64,000 nt of DNA from Botryllus schlosseri (Eukaryota): contig CM119372.1 in assembly GCA_051294905.1 (NCBI GenBank), positions 26,910,001-26,974,000 of the forward strand, written 5' to 3'. The notes under the pieces were generated by a model. That model was not told the DNA's origin. It made no database searches and was given only the letters and a program-made list of their open reading frames with translations. Both the position numbers and the translations under genes were made by a program. Positions 12,954 to 23,197 of the stretch are shown here, piece after piece (position 1 is the first letter of the stretch; each line of letters opens with the position of its first letter).

Positions 12954-13708
12954 TAGACTTGGACAACTAGAAAATTTTCAGCTTTTCCGAATTAGAATTT
13001 AAGCTACACAAGTTTTTCCAAATAGGTTTAGAATTAGAGCGACACAGTTTTTTATTCAAATTAGATTAGAATTAGAGCTACACAGCTTTTTCCAAATTAG
13101 ATTAGAACTGGAATTAGATCTACACAGCTTTTTCCAAATTAGATTAGAACTAGAATTAGAGCTACACAGTTTTTTATTCAAATTAGATAAAAATTAGAGC
13201 TAGACAGCTTTTTCCAAATTAGATTAGAACTGGAATTATAGCTACACAGTTTTTTATTCAAATTAGATAAAAGTTAGAGCTAGACAGCTTTTTCCAAATA
13301 AGAGTAGAACTAGAATTAGAGCTACAGTTTTTTATTCAAATTAGATTAGAATTAGAGCTACGCAGCTTTTTCCAAATTAGATTAGAACTAGAATTGAAGC
13401 TACACAAGTTTTTCCAAATTAGATTAGAATTATAATTATAGCTACACAGCTTTTTCCAAATTAGTTAAGAACTAGAATTAGAGCTACAAAAGTTTTTCCA
13501 TATTAGATTAGAATTAGAGTTAGAGCTGCACAGATTTTTCCAAATTAGATTAGAACTGGAATTGGAGCTACACACCTTTCTCTAAATTAGATTAGAACTA
13601 GAATTAGAGCATGGAAATATTTCACGAATAAATTATAATTAGATTACTGGCATTTCCCTCTAATTTGGTGAAATTAGACAACTAGAATTATCTAGTTATC
13701 CAAGTCTG
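12954..13708. mobile_element. MITE (ATTAGA family) with an expanded ~40-bp minisatellite at ~12990-13610
   Basis: TIR TAGACTTGGA / TCCAAGTCTG; about 15 units of AATTAGATTAGAA(CTAGAA)TTAGAGCTACACAGCTTTTTCCA; inverted homolog at 40462-41356. Confidence 0.85.
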
Positions 13709-15281
13709 TATCACACAGTGGAACATAACTGCTGTGACTTTGATCAAACAATTATTTTTGACCCACCACCAATGTTATCCAATTGGACAGAAACAGATGA
13801 ATCGGGCGGTAAATCAGTAAGGATCGGCAACACAGAGATTTGTGGTTGCGTTAGCGGTCTGAACCAATATCAGTTGGTACGGTATTCAGCACTGTTATGG
13901 GTATAACAAGAATCAGATCGTTTCTTGGCCATGAAACATTGAGCTGCATGATTAATTATACAGCTCGTTTCAAAGATGTCGATGAATGTCGTGGCAATCT
14001 GATTGCACGATCCAATTTTACAGCTAAACACTTGACAGGCTGGGAAAGTATGTCCAACACGAAACCGCCTTTATAATGCATGCAGGACAAAGCCAATCCA
14101 AATCCAAAGCCAACTATCTCCCTCTCGGATACTCGACGGACTCACAAAAATTCGCTCGTCTTACTACAACATCTGTGTTGTCGGTGCCATTTTTTTACCA
14201 CCCGAACTTTTTAGTAATTCAACAACCAATCAGAAGCAGGCATCAGTCTGACGATTTCTTTCAGTGTCTGTATTCCTATGCCGCAACAGTCAAAATCACA
14301 CACCGTGTAAGTCGCACCGTTACAATGATAACAACAAACTTCGAACTATATACGGTAACGGTCGAACTACGGACGATCAAAGGACGATTGAATAATTGTA
14401 TATTCCAACACTTTTAAATTGAACAAATATCTGCCCCGTGCAATGAAGAGAGAGAGAACGATGAACATTTCATTTCATTCCATGAATATGTGCTTGATTT
14501 GCATGGTAATATCTCGCTGTCTCTGTGTATCGATATGAGGGTCACATATCAATCACATATGACTGTCACACAATCACATATCACTGTCTTTTCGGCCTTC
14601 ATATGTTTGTTTAACCAGCCACCTTGCGTACATGCATTCAATTTCGCGACATCAATCCCGTATAAGCACCTTACGCGTATAGGTGGATTCATCATCCACG
14701 CTCAAATAGGGGTGGAGAAAAGTATATCACCTTTTGGAATGTGTATTATATTCGCCCTCCTTTGACCATAAGTGGAAACAATACTTCCACCCTTGTTCCA
14801 CCCCCAAAATACACCTTTATTTTTTACAGTGTGTAATCACTCTGCCCCGCCCGGTCCTAGTAAACTACGCGCCGATTTCCATTCTCAAAGCGAAATGGAA
14901 ACTGTCAACAAAGTCTGCCAGCAAGCACATCGTTTCAACCCATTTCGCTCGCTGCTGTACGATGTGTTACATTCAGGGCTTTATAGCAGTGGTAAATTTT
15001 AAGCTGCTCCAGCTCCAGCTCTGGAGCTCTCTTCTATAATAAATTAGCTGCTGCTCCAGCTCCGCAGATCATTGATACTACTGCTACGGCTCCGGCTACG
15101 GCTCCAGCTACGGCTCCGGCAATAATCGAATGGTTGGATTGTAGCCGTAGCAAGGAACTGTTATTTTATGTGGTTGTGCAAAGTCCCGTAACGTGAAAAT
15201 CACCTCATGTCCCCTGTCGATACCGTCATAGCCACACGAGAACGCACTCTACTCCATGTCATAGTTATGTACACTGTACAG

Positions 15282-16248
15282 CAGTGATTCCCAACCGCGG
15301 CTCCCAGCTAGCCTTGCTGCGGCGTTACGTTTTATAATCCCACAAAATATTAAATCAAATCATGACAAAAACAAATTCACATTTAAAAATTACCCTTGCT
15401 TGGCTTGGAGTCTGGAATTTATAATTAAGGGTGGAGACCAATTCGTCTGCTGTCGAGTAACGATTCTCTACTCCACAACTATTTCGTTACTCAACTCGCG
15501 CCCAAAATATTCTCACACTTAAATGCGTGCATCGTCACTCAAATTTAAGTCTGCTCACCACCAAACTTGAGTGCAGGTGGTGTTAGAACACATTTTCCAA
15601 CAGTATCTGACCATCACACCAATGGATCATTTGATGCATATAATAGGCTTATCAGCAACTTTATTGATGAGTTCGACCGCCGCATTGGCGGAATGAATGC
15701 TTTTTGCCCATAATGAAAATGTTTTGAAATCCTATTGCAGGTAATGAGGCTACTGCCCCTAGTAATTTTCAACTTGAGTTGCTAGACATGCAGTCAGATA
15801 TCGAGCTCAAGCAATTATTGAAATATGAAGACTTACTTGAATTTTGGAGTCAAGTTCCAGAGAGAAAGTATCCCAACTTGATAACTAATGCCCAAATAAA
15901 CGATTCTCCATTGTGATCAACTTACCTATGTGAAGCATGTTTTGGCAAAATGATCCAAATCAAAAATCAATATCGCAATCGATTGACCGATGACCACCTC
16001 AAGCAGCTATTGCGTACTGCATTCCCCGCAATTACGCATCGCTTTGCATACTTCCTGACGCTCAAAGCCAAAGCGAAGTTGGACATTAAATGGATTTGTG
16101 TACTTTTTCGTGTTATTGTTGCTATTCGTTGGTACGTGCATTCATGCATTATAATTTTTGTTAATGAGTGTATTCGTGCGGCTCCAAACGTACTCTGAAA
16201 TTTGAAATGCGGCCGGCTCCAACACCAAAAAAGACTTGGGAATCACTG
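15282..16248 (+). mobile_element. hAT (Buster/Charlie-like) deletion derivative with a C-terminal transposase remnant
   Basis: TIR CAGTGATTCCCAA / TTGGGAATCACTG; TSD CTGTACAG / CGGTACAG. ~15760-16030 reads FQLELLDMQSD...FWSQVPERKYPNL...STYLCEACFGKMIQIKNQYRNRLTDDHL, the hAT dimerization domain. Confidence 0.85.
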
Positions 16249-17044
16249 CGGTACAGCAGTGTTTCTCAACCTTTTTGTCTTCGCGGACCCCTTTCGGATC
16301 GTCACGGAAGCCGAGGACCCCCACGAAGTTTCAGTTCAAATTTAGCTCTGTTATCGTGCAATCGTCATCTTTCTTGTGCAAATGATAACTTTAGGCTTAG
16401 TGAGAAACAGCAGCAAAATGACTTTTCTTGAAAGTAAGATCATAATATTCATGTAGAAATTGAGTTGACTTCTTTTTATTTCAAAGCGATTTATGCAACT
16501 GCATTTTTTGAAATACGTGGTCTTGTCTTGAAAATTCGCTCCTTCGATTAGATATGAACCAGTGCCGAAAATCCATTTCCACAAATATATGTGGTGGTGA
16601 ATGTAACAATAACGCGTAACACTTCCGTCGACACATGTGGGTATAATTGCAACAAATATGCCACCAAAATTGACAATTTGTTTTATAATGAACATATAAC
16701 GCCAAGCCTGGACATTTCTATCTAGCAGCTAATCTTGGTGTTATTATGGCAAACATGATTATGTATGCCTATATCACAGGAGAAAATTGATTTCTCTAAA
16801 TGTTTCGAAGTCACCGCGATTCACCTTACTCATCCAACTTTTTTTCCACAATCCCCCACCGAACATCTCTAAACAGCAAAATGTTAGTATCAGTAGACTA
16901 TTGACAATTTAGCAATTAAGATGAGCCTGCACAGTAAGTAATTTCATCTCAGATGTCCAATCTGTTGATTGGAGTATTTGGTTGTATTAAGATTTAAAGT
17001 AATATAGGCTAAAATCTAGGCTATATACCCATCCAAGAAACAAA

Positions 17045-17875
17045 ATGACAAAGCCCGGAACAAACGAAGATGTCATCTTGCTGAGACTGAAAAAGATGGA
17101 GAGTAAACTGGATAATACGCTCGCTGAAGTCAAAGTGTTAAAGGAAGAAAACAAGGAACTGCGCAACATCATCTCAGAACTGCAGACTACAGCTGAAGAT
17201 ATCAAAAAATCTGGTTCTGCCGTAGAAGAACTGCGAGAAGAGATAGAATCTTGCAAGACTGGTATGGAATTCATGAATGCAGAATTTGAGGACACCAAAA
17301 AAAATCTAGAACTCGCCTCACAAGAATCCATGCTCAACGAACACGACAAATTTGAGTCAACTATGAGATTCCTGAACAAAAAAATATCTGACCTAGAACG
17401 CACCAACGACAACCTGGAGCAGCAATCTCGAAACAACAACCTGGAATTTCATGGTGTTCCCCACTCCGAAAAAGAAAATCTGCCTGAAACTATCATGAAA
17501 ATAGCTAATGCCTTGAAAGCTGAGATTACTGCGCCACAGATTGTGCAGTGTTATAGAGTGCGCTTCAGAAATAAGGACAAAACAGGACCTGTTATAGCCA
17601 AATTCTCTTCAGAGCAACCAAAAAAAGAATTTCTCAAAGTGAAAAAGGCCAAAAGGGATATCAAGGACTTTGGTGTAGAAGGAATGAAACAACTCTTCCT
17701 AAACGAAAATTTAACAAATTACAGAAGAGATGTTTTCTTTGAAGCGCGAGCTGCGAAACAAAAAAAAAGCTTCAAATACCTCTGGACTGCAAATGGAAAT
17801 ATCTACATGAAAAAGAATGATGGTGCACCCAGAATCCACATTGAGTCAAAGGATGACCTCGATAAACTCAAATAG
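17045..17875 (+). CDS. LINE ORF1 protein (coiled coil plus RRM/CTD-like, FP25K/L1-ORF1-like)
   Basis: Open 276-aa ORF with a heptad-rich N-terminus, then SRNNNLEFHGVP..ENL and FLNENLT..R..F..AR..K...FKYLWT.NG.I, typical of ORF1 in invertebrate CR1-group LINEs. Confidence 0.9.
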   Translation: MTKPGTNEDVILLRLKKMESKLDNTLAEVKVLKEENKELRNIISELQTTAEDIKKSGSAVEELREEIESCKTGMEFMNAEFEDTKKNLELASQESMLNEHDKFESTMRFLNKKISDLERTNDNLEQQSRNNNLEFHGVPHSEKENLPETIMKIANALKAEITAPQIVQCYRVRFRNKDKTGPVIAKFSSEQPKKEFLKVKKAKRDIKDFGVEGMKQLFLNENLTNYRRDVFFEARAAKQKKSFKYLWTANGNIYMKKNDGAPRIHIESKDDLDKLK

Positions 17876-17922
17876 AAACTGCTATACTGCTCTCTCACTG
17901 CAAACGCAACCCACACTAAAAA

Positions 17923-20838
17923 ATGGCTCAAAACTTTTTCAACGTGAGCAACTGCAGATCTATCAATTCAACGAATAGTAGTGATATCCCATCATCTCAA
18001 GGAATTTTACTTGCACACTTAAACACAAGATCCCTCCAAGCTCATCTAGATGAAATTCCCCCCCTGTTTGAAATGTTCAATTGCTCACCAACCATCATCG
18101 GAATTTCTGAGACCAAGTTGAAAGAACATCCAACGACTAATGTTAACCTGACAGGTTTCAACTTTTTACACTCGCCATCTAAAACGAACGCTGGAGGTGT
18201 TGGACTATACATCAACGAAGGTCTGAGATATGACATGATGCCTGACGTAAAATTTGAAACCGAAGGCGTAGAATATATATTTGTCAGAGTACATGTACAA
18301 AAAGCTCTCACAGTGGCAGTCATCTACAAACACCCAGGAACAAAGCAAGAGACTTTTCTTGACGAATTCTCAAATATTCTGGACACGCTAACGGCAGCTA
18401 ACGAACAAATATTTATTATGGGAGACATAAATATTGATTTGCTGAAGACCACCAACTTTAACACAAGGTACCGTGAAATGCTTGATTCTTATGGAATAGC
18501 TCAGATAATTACTGAACCCACAAGAATAACTGATCAATCCAAAACTCTACTAGATCACTTCTACTGCAACACTCATCAATATCACCTGTCCCCTTTTGTG
18601 CTCCAACACAGTATGACTGATCACTATCCCATCATCTGCCACATGAAATTGGCCCTGCCACATTGTGCTAAAGAATTTGAATCTCGAACGCCCTTAAACC
18701 CACGCGGTATAGAGGAGTATATTGAAATTGTCAGCAATACCTTCAACAACTACAAAATTCCTCCACTCACAACTGACAACTACAAGTGCCATTTTGAAAA
18801 ATTTATTGAGGAACTGCGGGCAGCCCTCGACACATCTTTCCCAATTAGGAAAGTCAACCGCAATGCAAGGCGCTTGAAATCGAAACCCTGGATTGGTCAT
18901 GACATACTAGTTGCGATGAAAACAAGGGATTGGATGCATAAGCACTACTATCTGCAAGGCACCATCGAAGGCAAAAAAGTGTACAAAAAATATGCAAACC
19001 AAGTGACGCATATGAAAGAAAATGCCAAAAAAGCATACTTCCAAAAAAGATTCGAAGAGTGCTCCAAAGATCCCAAGAACGCATGGAAAACCATTGGATA
19101 AATTATCAACCTAACTAAAGGTAATGCTCCCAAGAGTACTGATGACATCGAGCTACTCGAGAATGGCAGCATCATCAAAGACCAGCTTGCAGTAGCAGAA
19201 AAGTTCAATCAGTATTTTTGCAACATTGGTCCGGATCTTGCAGCTTCAATACCAAACTCCTCCGATGACTTTCTCTCGTACTTGAGTCCTGGCCCTCAGA
19301 AATCCATTTTTCTTGAGCCGACAAGTGAAGGAGAAGTTGCGATCGTATTATCTGAAATGAAAAGTAACAAAGCAGTAGGACCCGATCTCATCCCAACTCA
19401 CTTTCTGAAGCTAGTCTTTGATATTATTGGTGATGTTATATGCATTTTCTTCAATGAGTCGATACGTCTAGGCATTTTCCCAGATGCACTGAAAACTGCC
19501 AGAGTAATGCCAGTGTTTAAGAAAGGCTGTAAAAAGCTAATTTCTAACTACCGACCAATATCTGTTTTGCCAAATCTTGCCACGGTTTTTGAGAAACTGA
19601 TTGACTGCCGACTTAAGAACTTTTTTGAATTGAATGCAGTACTGTCTCCGACCCAGCATGGATTCAGATCCAACCACAACACCAACCATGCAATACTATC
19701 AATTGTAACGGACTATTACAAAACCATCAAGCAAAAAGAAAGTGGCTGCAGCATTTTTATCGATCTCCGCAAAGCTTTCGACACAGTTAACCACAGAATC
19801 TTAAGATACAAGCTAGAACACTATGGAATCAGGGGTATTGCAGCAACTCTACTTGAAAGCTACCTGGCAAACCGCAAACAATTTGTTAAACTGGGGACAT
19901 TAAGAACGACTACCAGAGATATAACTTGTGGAGTCCCACAAGGCTCAGTCCTTGGACCGACTTTTTTCCTCATTTATATTAACGACATTGTTAATGCATC
20001 TTTATTCCGCACAACGCTATTTGCTGATGATACTCACCTCTTCATAACCTCCAACACTGTCGATGATGTGCATGCATCTGTGAATAGGGAACTCCCAAAA
20101 GTGTCGAGATGGCTGCAAGCAAACAAATTAAGTTTGAATGCAGATAAGACCGAGATGCTCGTTTTAAATAATGCCAGTCATAATTTCACTGTGAACATCA
20201 ATCATAAACAAATCTCAATATGTGGCTCAGCAAAATATCTCGGCGTCACCATTGATTCCAAATTGTCTTGGAAGCAGCATATTGAATGCACAATATCAAA
20301 ACTAGCTCGGTGTGTGGGAATAATGACCCGTCTCCAATCTTTGGTTTCCAGATCAGTACTACGAACCATCTACTTCTCTCTTTTCCACTCGCATCTGCAA
20401 TATGGAATCGTAGTATGGGGAAATGCATGTACAACATTTTTGTGCAGAATTCGAACCCTGCAAAACCGTGCGATACGGCTGATCTCATCTGTACCTTTAC
20501 GTACCAATTTATCGCCTTACTACCGTAAGCATCGAATTTTGCGAGTTGATGAACTGTATCGCTTCGAAGTATCAAAAGTTGTTCACAAATATTTTTCCAA
20601 TAGTCTCCCTCCTGTGTTTGATGACTTTTTCATACCTGCTAAACATGTCCATTCCCATTACACGAGATCTTCGTCTAAAGGAAACGTCTACTTACCCCAA
20701 CCCAATAGCAACCTAACTAAGAGATCTATCGACTACTCGGGACCTATCATCTGGAATGCATTACCATCACATATCCGTGAATTGCCTTATAATAGATTCA
20801 AAAAAGCCCTACTTGATCACCTCTTGTCGTTACACTAA
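17923..20838 (+). pseudogene. LINE ORF2 (AP endonuclease plus reverse transcriptase) with one in-frame stop at 19099-19101
   Basis: The two track ORFs share a frame and are separated only by TAA in WKTIG*IINL. APE motifs: HLNTRSL, ISETKL, MGDINID, LLDH, MTDHYPI. RT motifs: NYRPISVL, QHGFR, FIDLRKAFDTV, GVPQGSVLGP, FADD, YLGV. C-terminal GPIIWNALP. Confidence 0.95.
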
Positions 20839-20893
20839 AGCCTGGAATAGACGATCCGTACGGAGCGCATGCGTTTAGTGGGATTGGTGAGAT

Positions 20894-23197
20894 CATAGTG
20901 TCCTATATGGTGTCGACACAAGCAAATCTCACGGTTCAATGAAATTGTATCACGTCACGATTTCCATTTGGCTACAGGCAATTTAACGGTCATTTTTGAC
21001 CGGCTTGCCGAGCATTAAATTTGATGAATCGGGTATCAATCGAAAGCTAACTCTGCACTGATTACGAAAATATAAATTTTATTCCACTCATGGCCCTGGA
21101 ACCCCCACAATCAGCCCCAAATTATTGATTGTTAAGTAGATTGGCAATGTGACGCAACAATGCTGTCTGGCGAAACGAGAGACTAGCTCAAGAGCAAGGA
21201 TGCGGCCGAGCGGCCAGAGTGGGATCAGCTGGCGTCGCGGCAATAGCAATGAGCAATCGCGTCGCAGAGAAACGCTGCGCTGTTGATACTTTTTCTATGC
21301 GCTTCGGTACAAGCGAGCACGCCTGCCTTATCAGCCTTTCCTTGACTTGTAAGGGTAGACCTGGGTCCACAGAATGTATTAGGGCCCTACCAATTTTCGC
21401 GCAATATCCTTCAGCTGATAGAGATATGTAGGCTATGAGTCAGTACTCTTTCCATCAACTCGGGATCTGATTCTGACAGCATCGTCTGTTCAATCTTCCG
21501 AATAAAGGACTGATAATAAGAATTAGTCATCAGTGATTCAATAAAGCCACGGGTATCGATGCTGTCCGGCCGACGGCTGAATTCAATGCTGAGCAAGTGA
21601 TAAATTTTTGCATTAAACTGAGCAGATCCTATGAAGGACAATGGAGAGATCCGGATTTCTTTTCCATTAGCGTAATAAAGCTGCCATCTTTCGGTTTAGT
21701 AGAATGAATTTTTATTACACTGAATTTTGAAATCGCTTTTTTTATTGCGTATCCGCCAAGGTATTCTAGTACGTCGCACTCATATGATGTTATCTCCCCA
21801 CCTTTCCATTTTTCCGACGTGTCTTGTTCTTTATACATTATTTGTTTTATAATTTTCAGCAATAAATGCGAAGCATCATCTGCTCTTCCAGACTCTTGAT
21901 AAAAAAAACTCAGCCGCAGTGTTTGCCCTGCTGCATGGCCATTGGCCAGCCTGTCTTTGTTGCGGGATTTCTCGAAATCCATCATCCAATTCTTTACAGT
22001 TTGGTGCCCATACGGAGTGAAGGTTATGTCATTTATTCCTAAAGCAATCAGCGGATTCGCAACATCTGCGTTGGTTACCGTTGCTGTAGGCCCGACTGAT
22101 AGCCGGGAAGATACTCTCGGTGCCTCATCCTCGTCATTAATCGCCAGTAAATCCTGTATTATTTCCGGACTAAGCCAGTCGACCTCATGATCTGACACTG
22201 ACATATTTATTGTTTATAGCTGCATAGACGGAAAGATCTATAAGTTGCAGAAGAATGCGTGAAGGTTCATAAGGCCCTAATGCATTCTGTGTACCACTAT
22301 TATTACAGGTAAACGAAAGGCTCGTAATGTGTGCGGCTATAGGAAGTATCGACAGCGACACCCGCCATCAACAGCGCAACCTGCCTCTGGGGACCGACAC
22401 TACAAGCGGGCTAATACAATATTTAATGTATATAGCTATACCTAGACGGAAGGATCTCTATAAGTTGAATGATATTGCAGGAAAATTCGTAGGTCCCAAA
22501 TACATTCTGTGGACCCAGTTCTACCCTTAAAAGTCAAGGAAAGGCGGGTGTGTGTTGTGTATCAACAGCGCCACGCGTCTCTGGAGCCCTACGAAACTAG
22601 CGGGCTAAGGCAATCGATATCATAATAATGTGACATATCCAATGTAGACTATTTAGACGTAGCCTACATATCTCTATCAGCTGAAGGATATTGCGCGAAA
22701 ATTGGTAGGGCCCTAATACATTCTGTGGACCCAGGTCTACCCTTACAAGTCAAGGAAAGGCTGATAAGGCGTGCTCGCTTGTACCGAAGCGCATCCAAAA
22801 AGTATCAACAGCGCAGCGTTTCTCTGCGACGCGATTGCTCATTGCTATTGCCGCGACGTCAGCTGATCCCACTCTCGCCGCTCGGCCGCATCCTTGCTCT
22901 TGAGCTAGTCTCTCGTTTCGCCAGACAGCATTGTTGCGTCACACTGCCAATCTACTTAACAATGAATAATTTGGGGCTGATTGTGGGGGTTCCAAGGCCA
23001 TGAGTGAAATAAAATTTATATTTTCGTAATCAGTGCAGAGTCAGCTTTCGATTGATACCCGATTCATCAAATTTAATGCTCGGCAAGCCGGTCAAAAATG
23101 ACCGTTAAATTGCCTGTAGCCAAATGGAAATTGTGACGTGATACAATTTCATTGAACCGTGAGATTTGCTTGTGTCGACACCATATAGGACACTATG
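20894..23197 (-). mobile_element. Foldback element with ~540-bp TIRs, P/Galileo-like
   Basis: 20894-21435 and 22660-23197 are near-identical inverted repeats starting CATAGTGTCC; 7-bp TSD GTGAGAT (20887-20893, 23198-23204). Confidence 0.85.
21436..22204 (-). pseudogene. ORF inside the foldback element, resembling the C-terminal region of P-superfamily transposases
   Basis: 191-aa ATG ORF ending YECDVLEYLGGYAIKK...FITLMEKKSGSLHCPS*, a YxxGY...LxxPS pattern. Protein-like sequence continues past the TAG (DLLSLMQK, then shifted IYHLLSIEF...) up to the TIR. No THAP or catalytic core visible. Confidence 0.55.

Larger units (their letters stand above)
8671..14831 (-). mobile_element. CMC/EnSpm (CACTG-type) DNA transposon, decayed, with several nested insertions
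   Basis: TIR CACTGTAAAAA (8671) / TTTTTACAGTG (14821-14831), 2-bp TSD TG on both sides, CCACC/GGTGG subterminal repeats at both ends. Coding-like minus-strand remnants at ~8980-9180 (FHEAFAVMLSVHWIFD) and ~12450-12800. Confidence 0.7.

Noticed and set aside
12990..13610. CRISPR-like array of ~40-bp repeats
   Set aside because: The units are contiguous with no unique spacers, lie inside a TIR element, and there are no cas genes; the DNA is eukaryotic.
17923..20838. Separate endonuclease and RT genes (retron-like or other two-gene system)
   Set aside because: Same frame, one stop codon and continuous LINE ORF2 similarity through the junction.
21188..23003. Paired ORFs starting MDPGLPLQVKERLIR on opposite strands
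   Set aside because: Artefact of the inverted repeat; non-ATG starts, and the frames diverge at a 4-bp indel.
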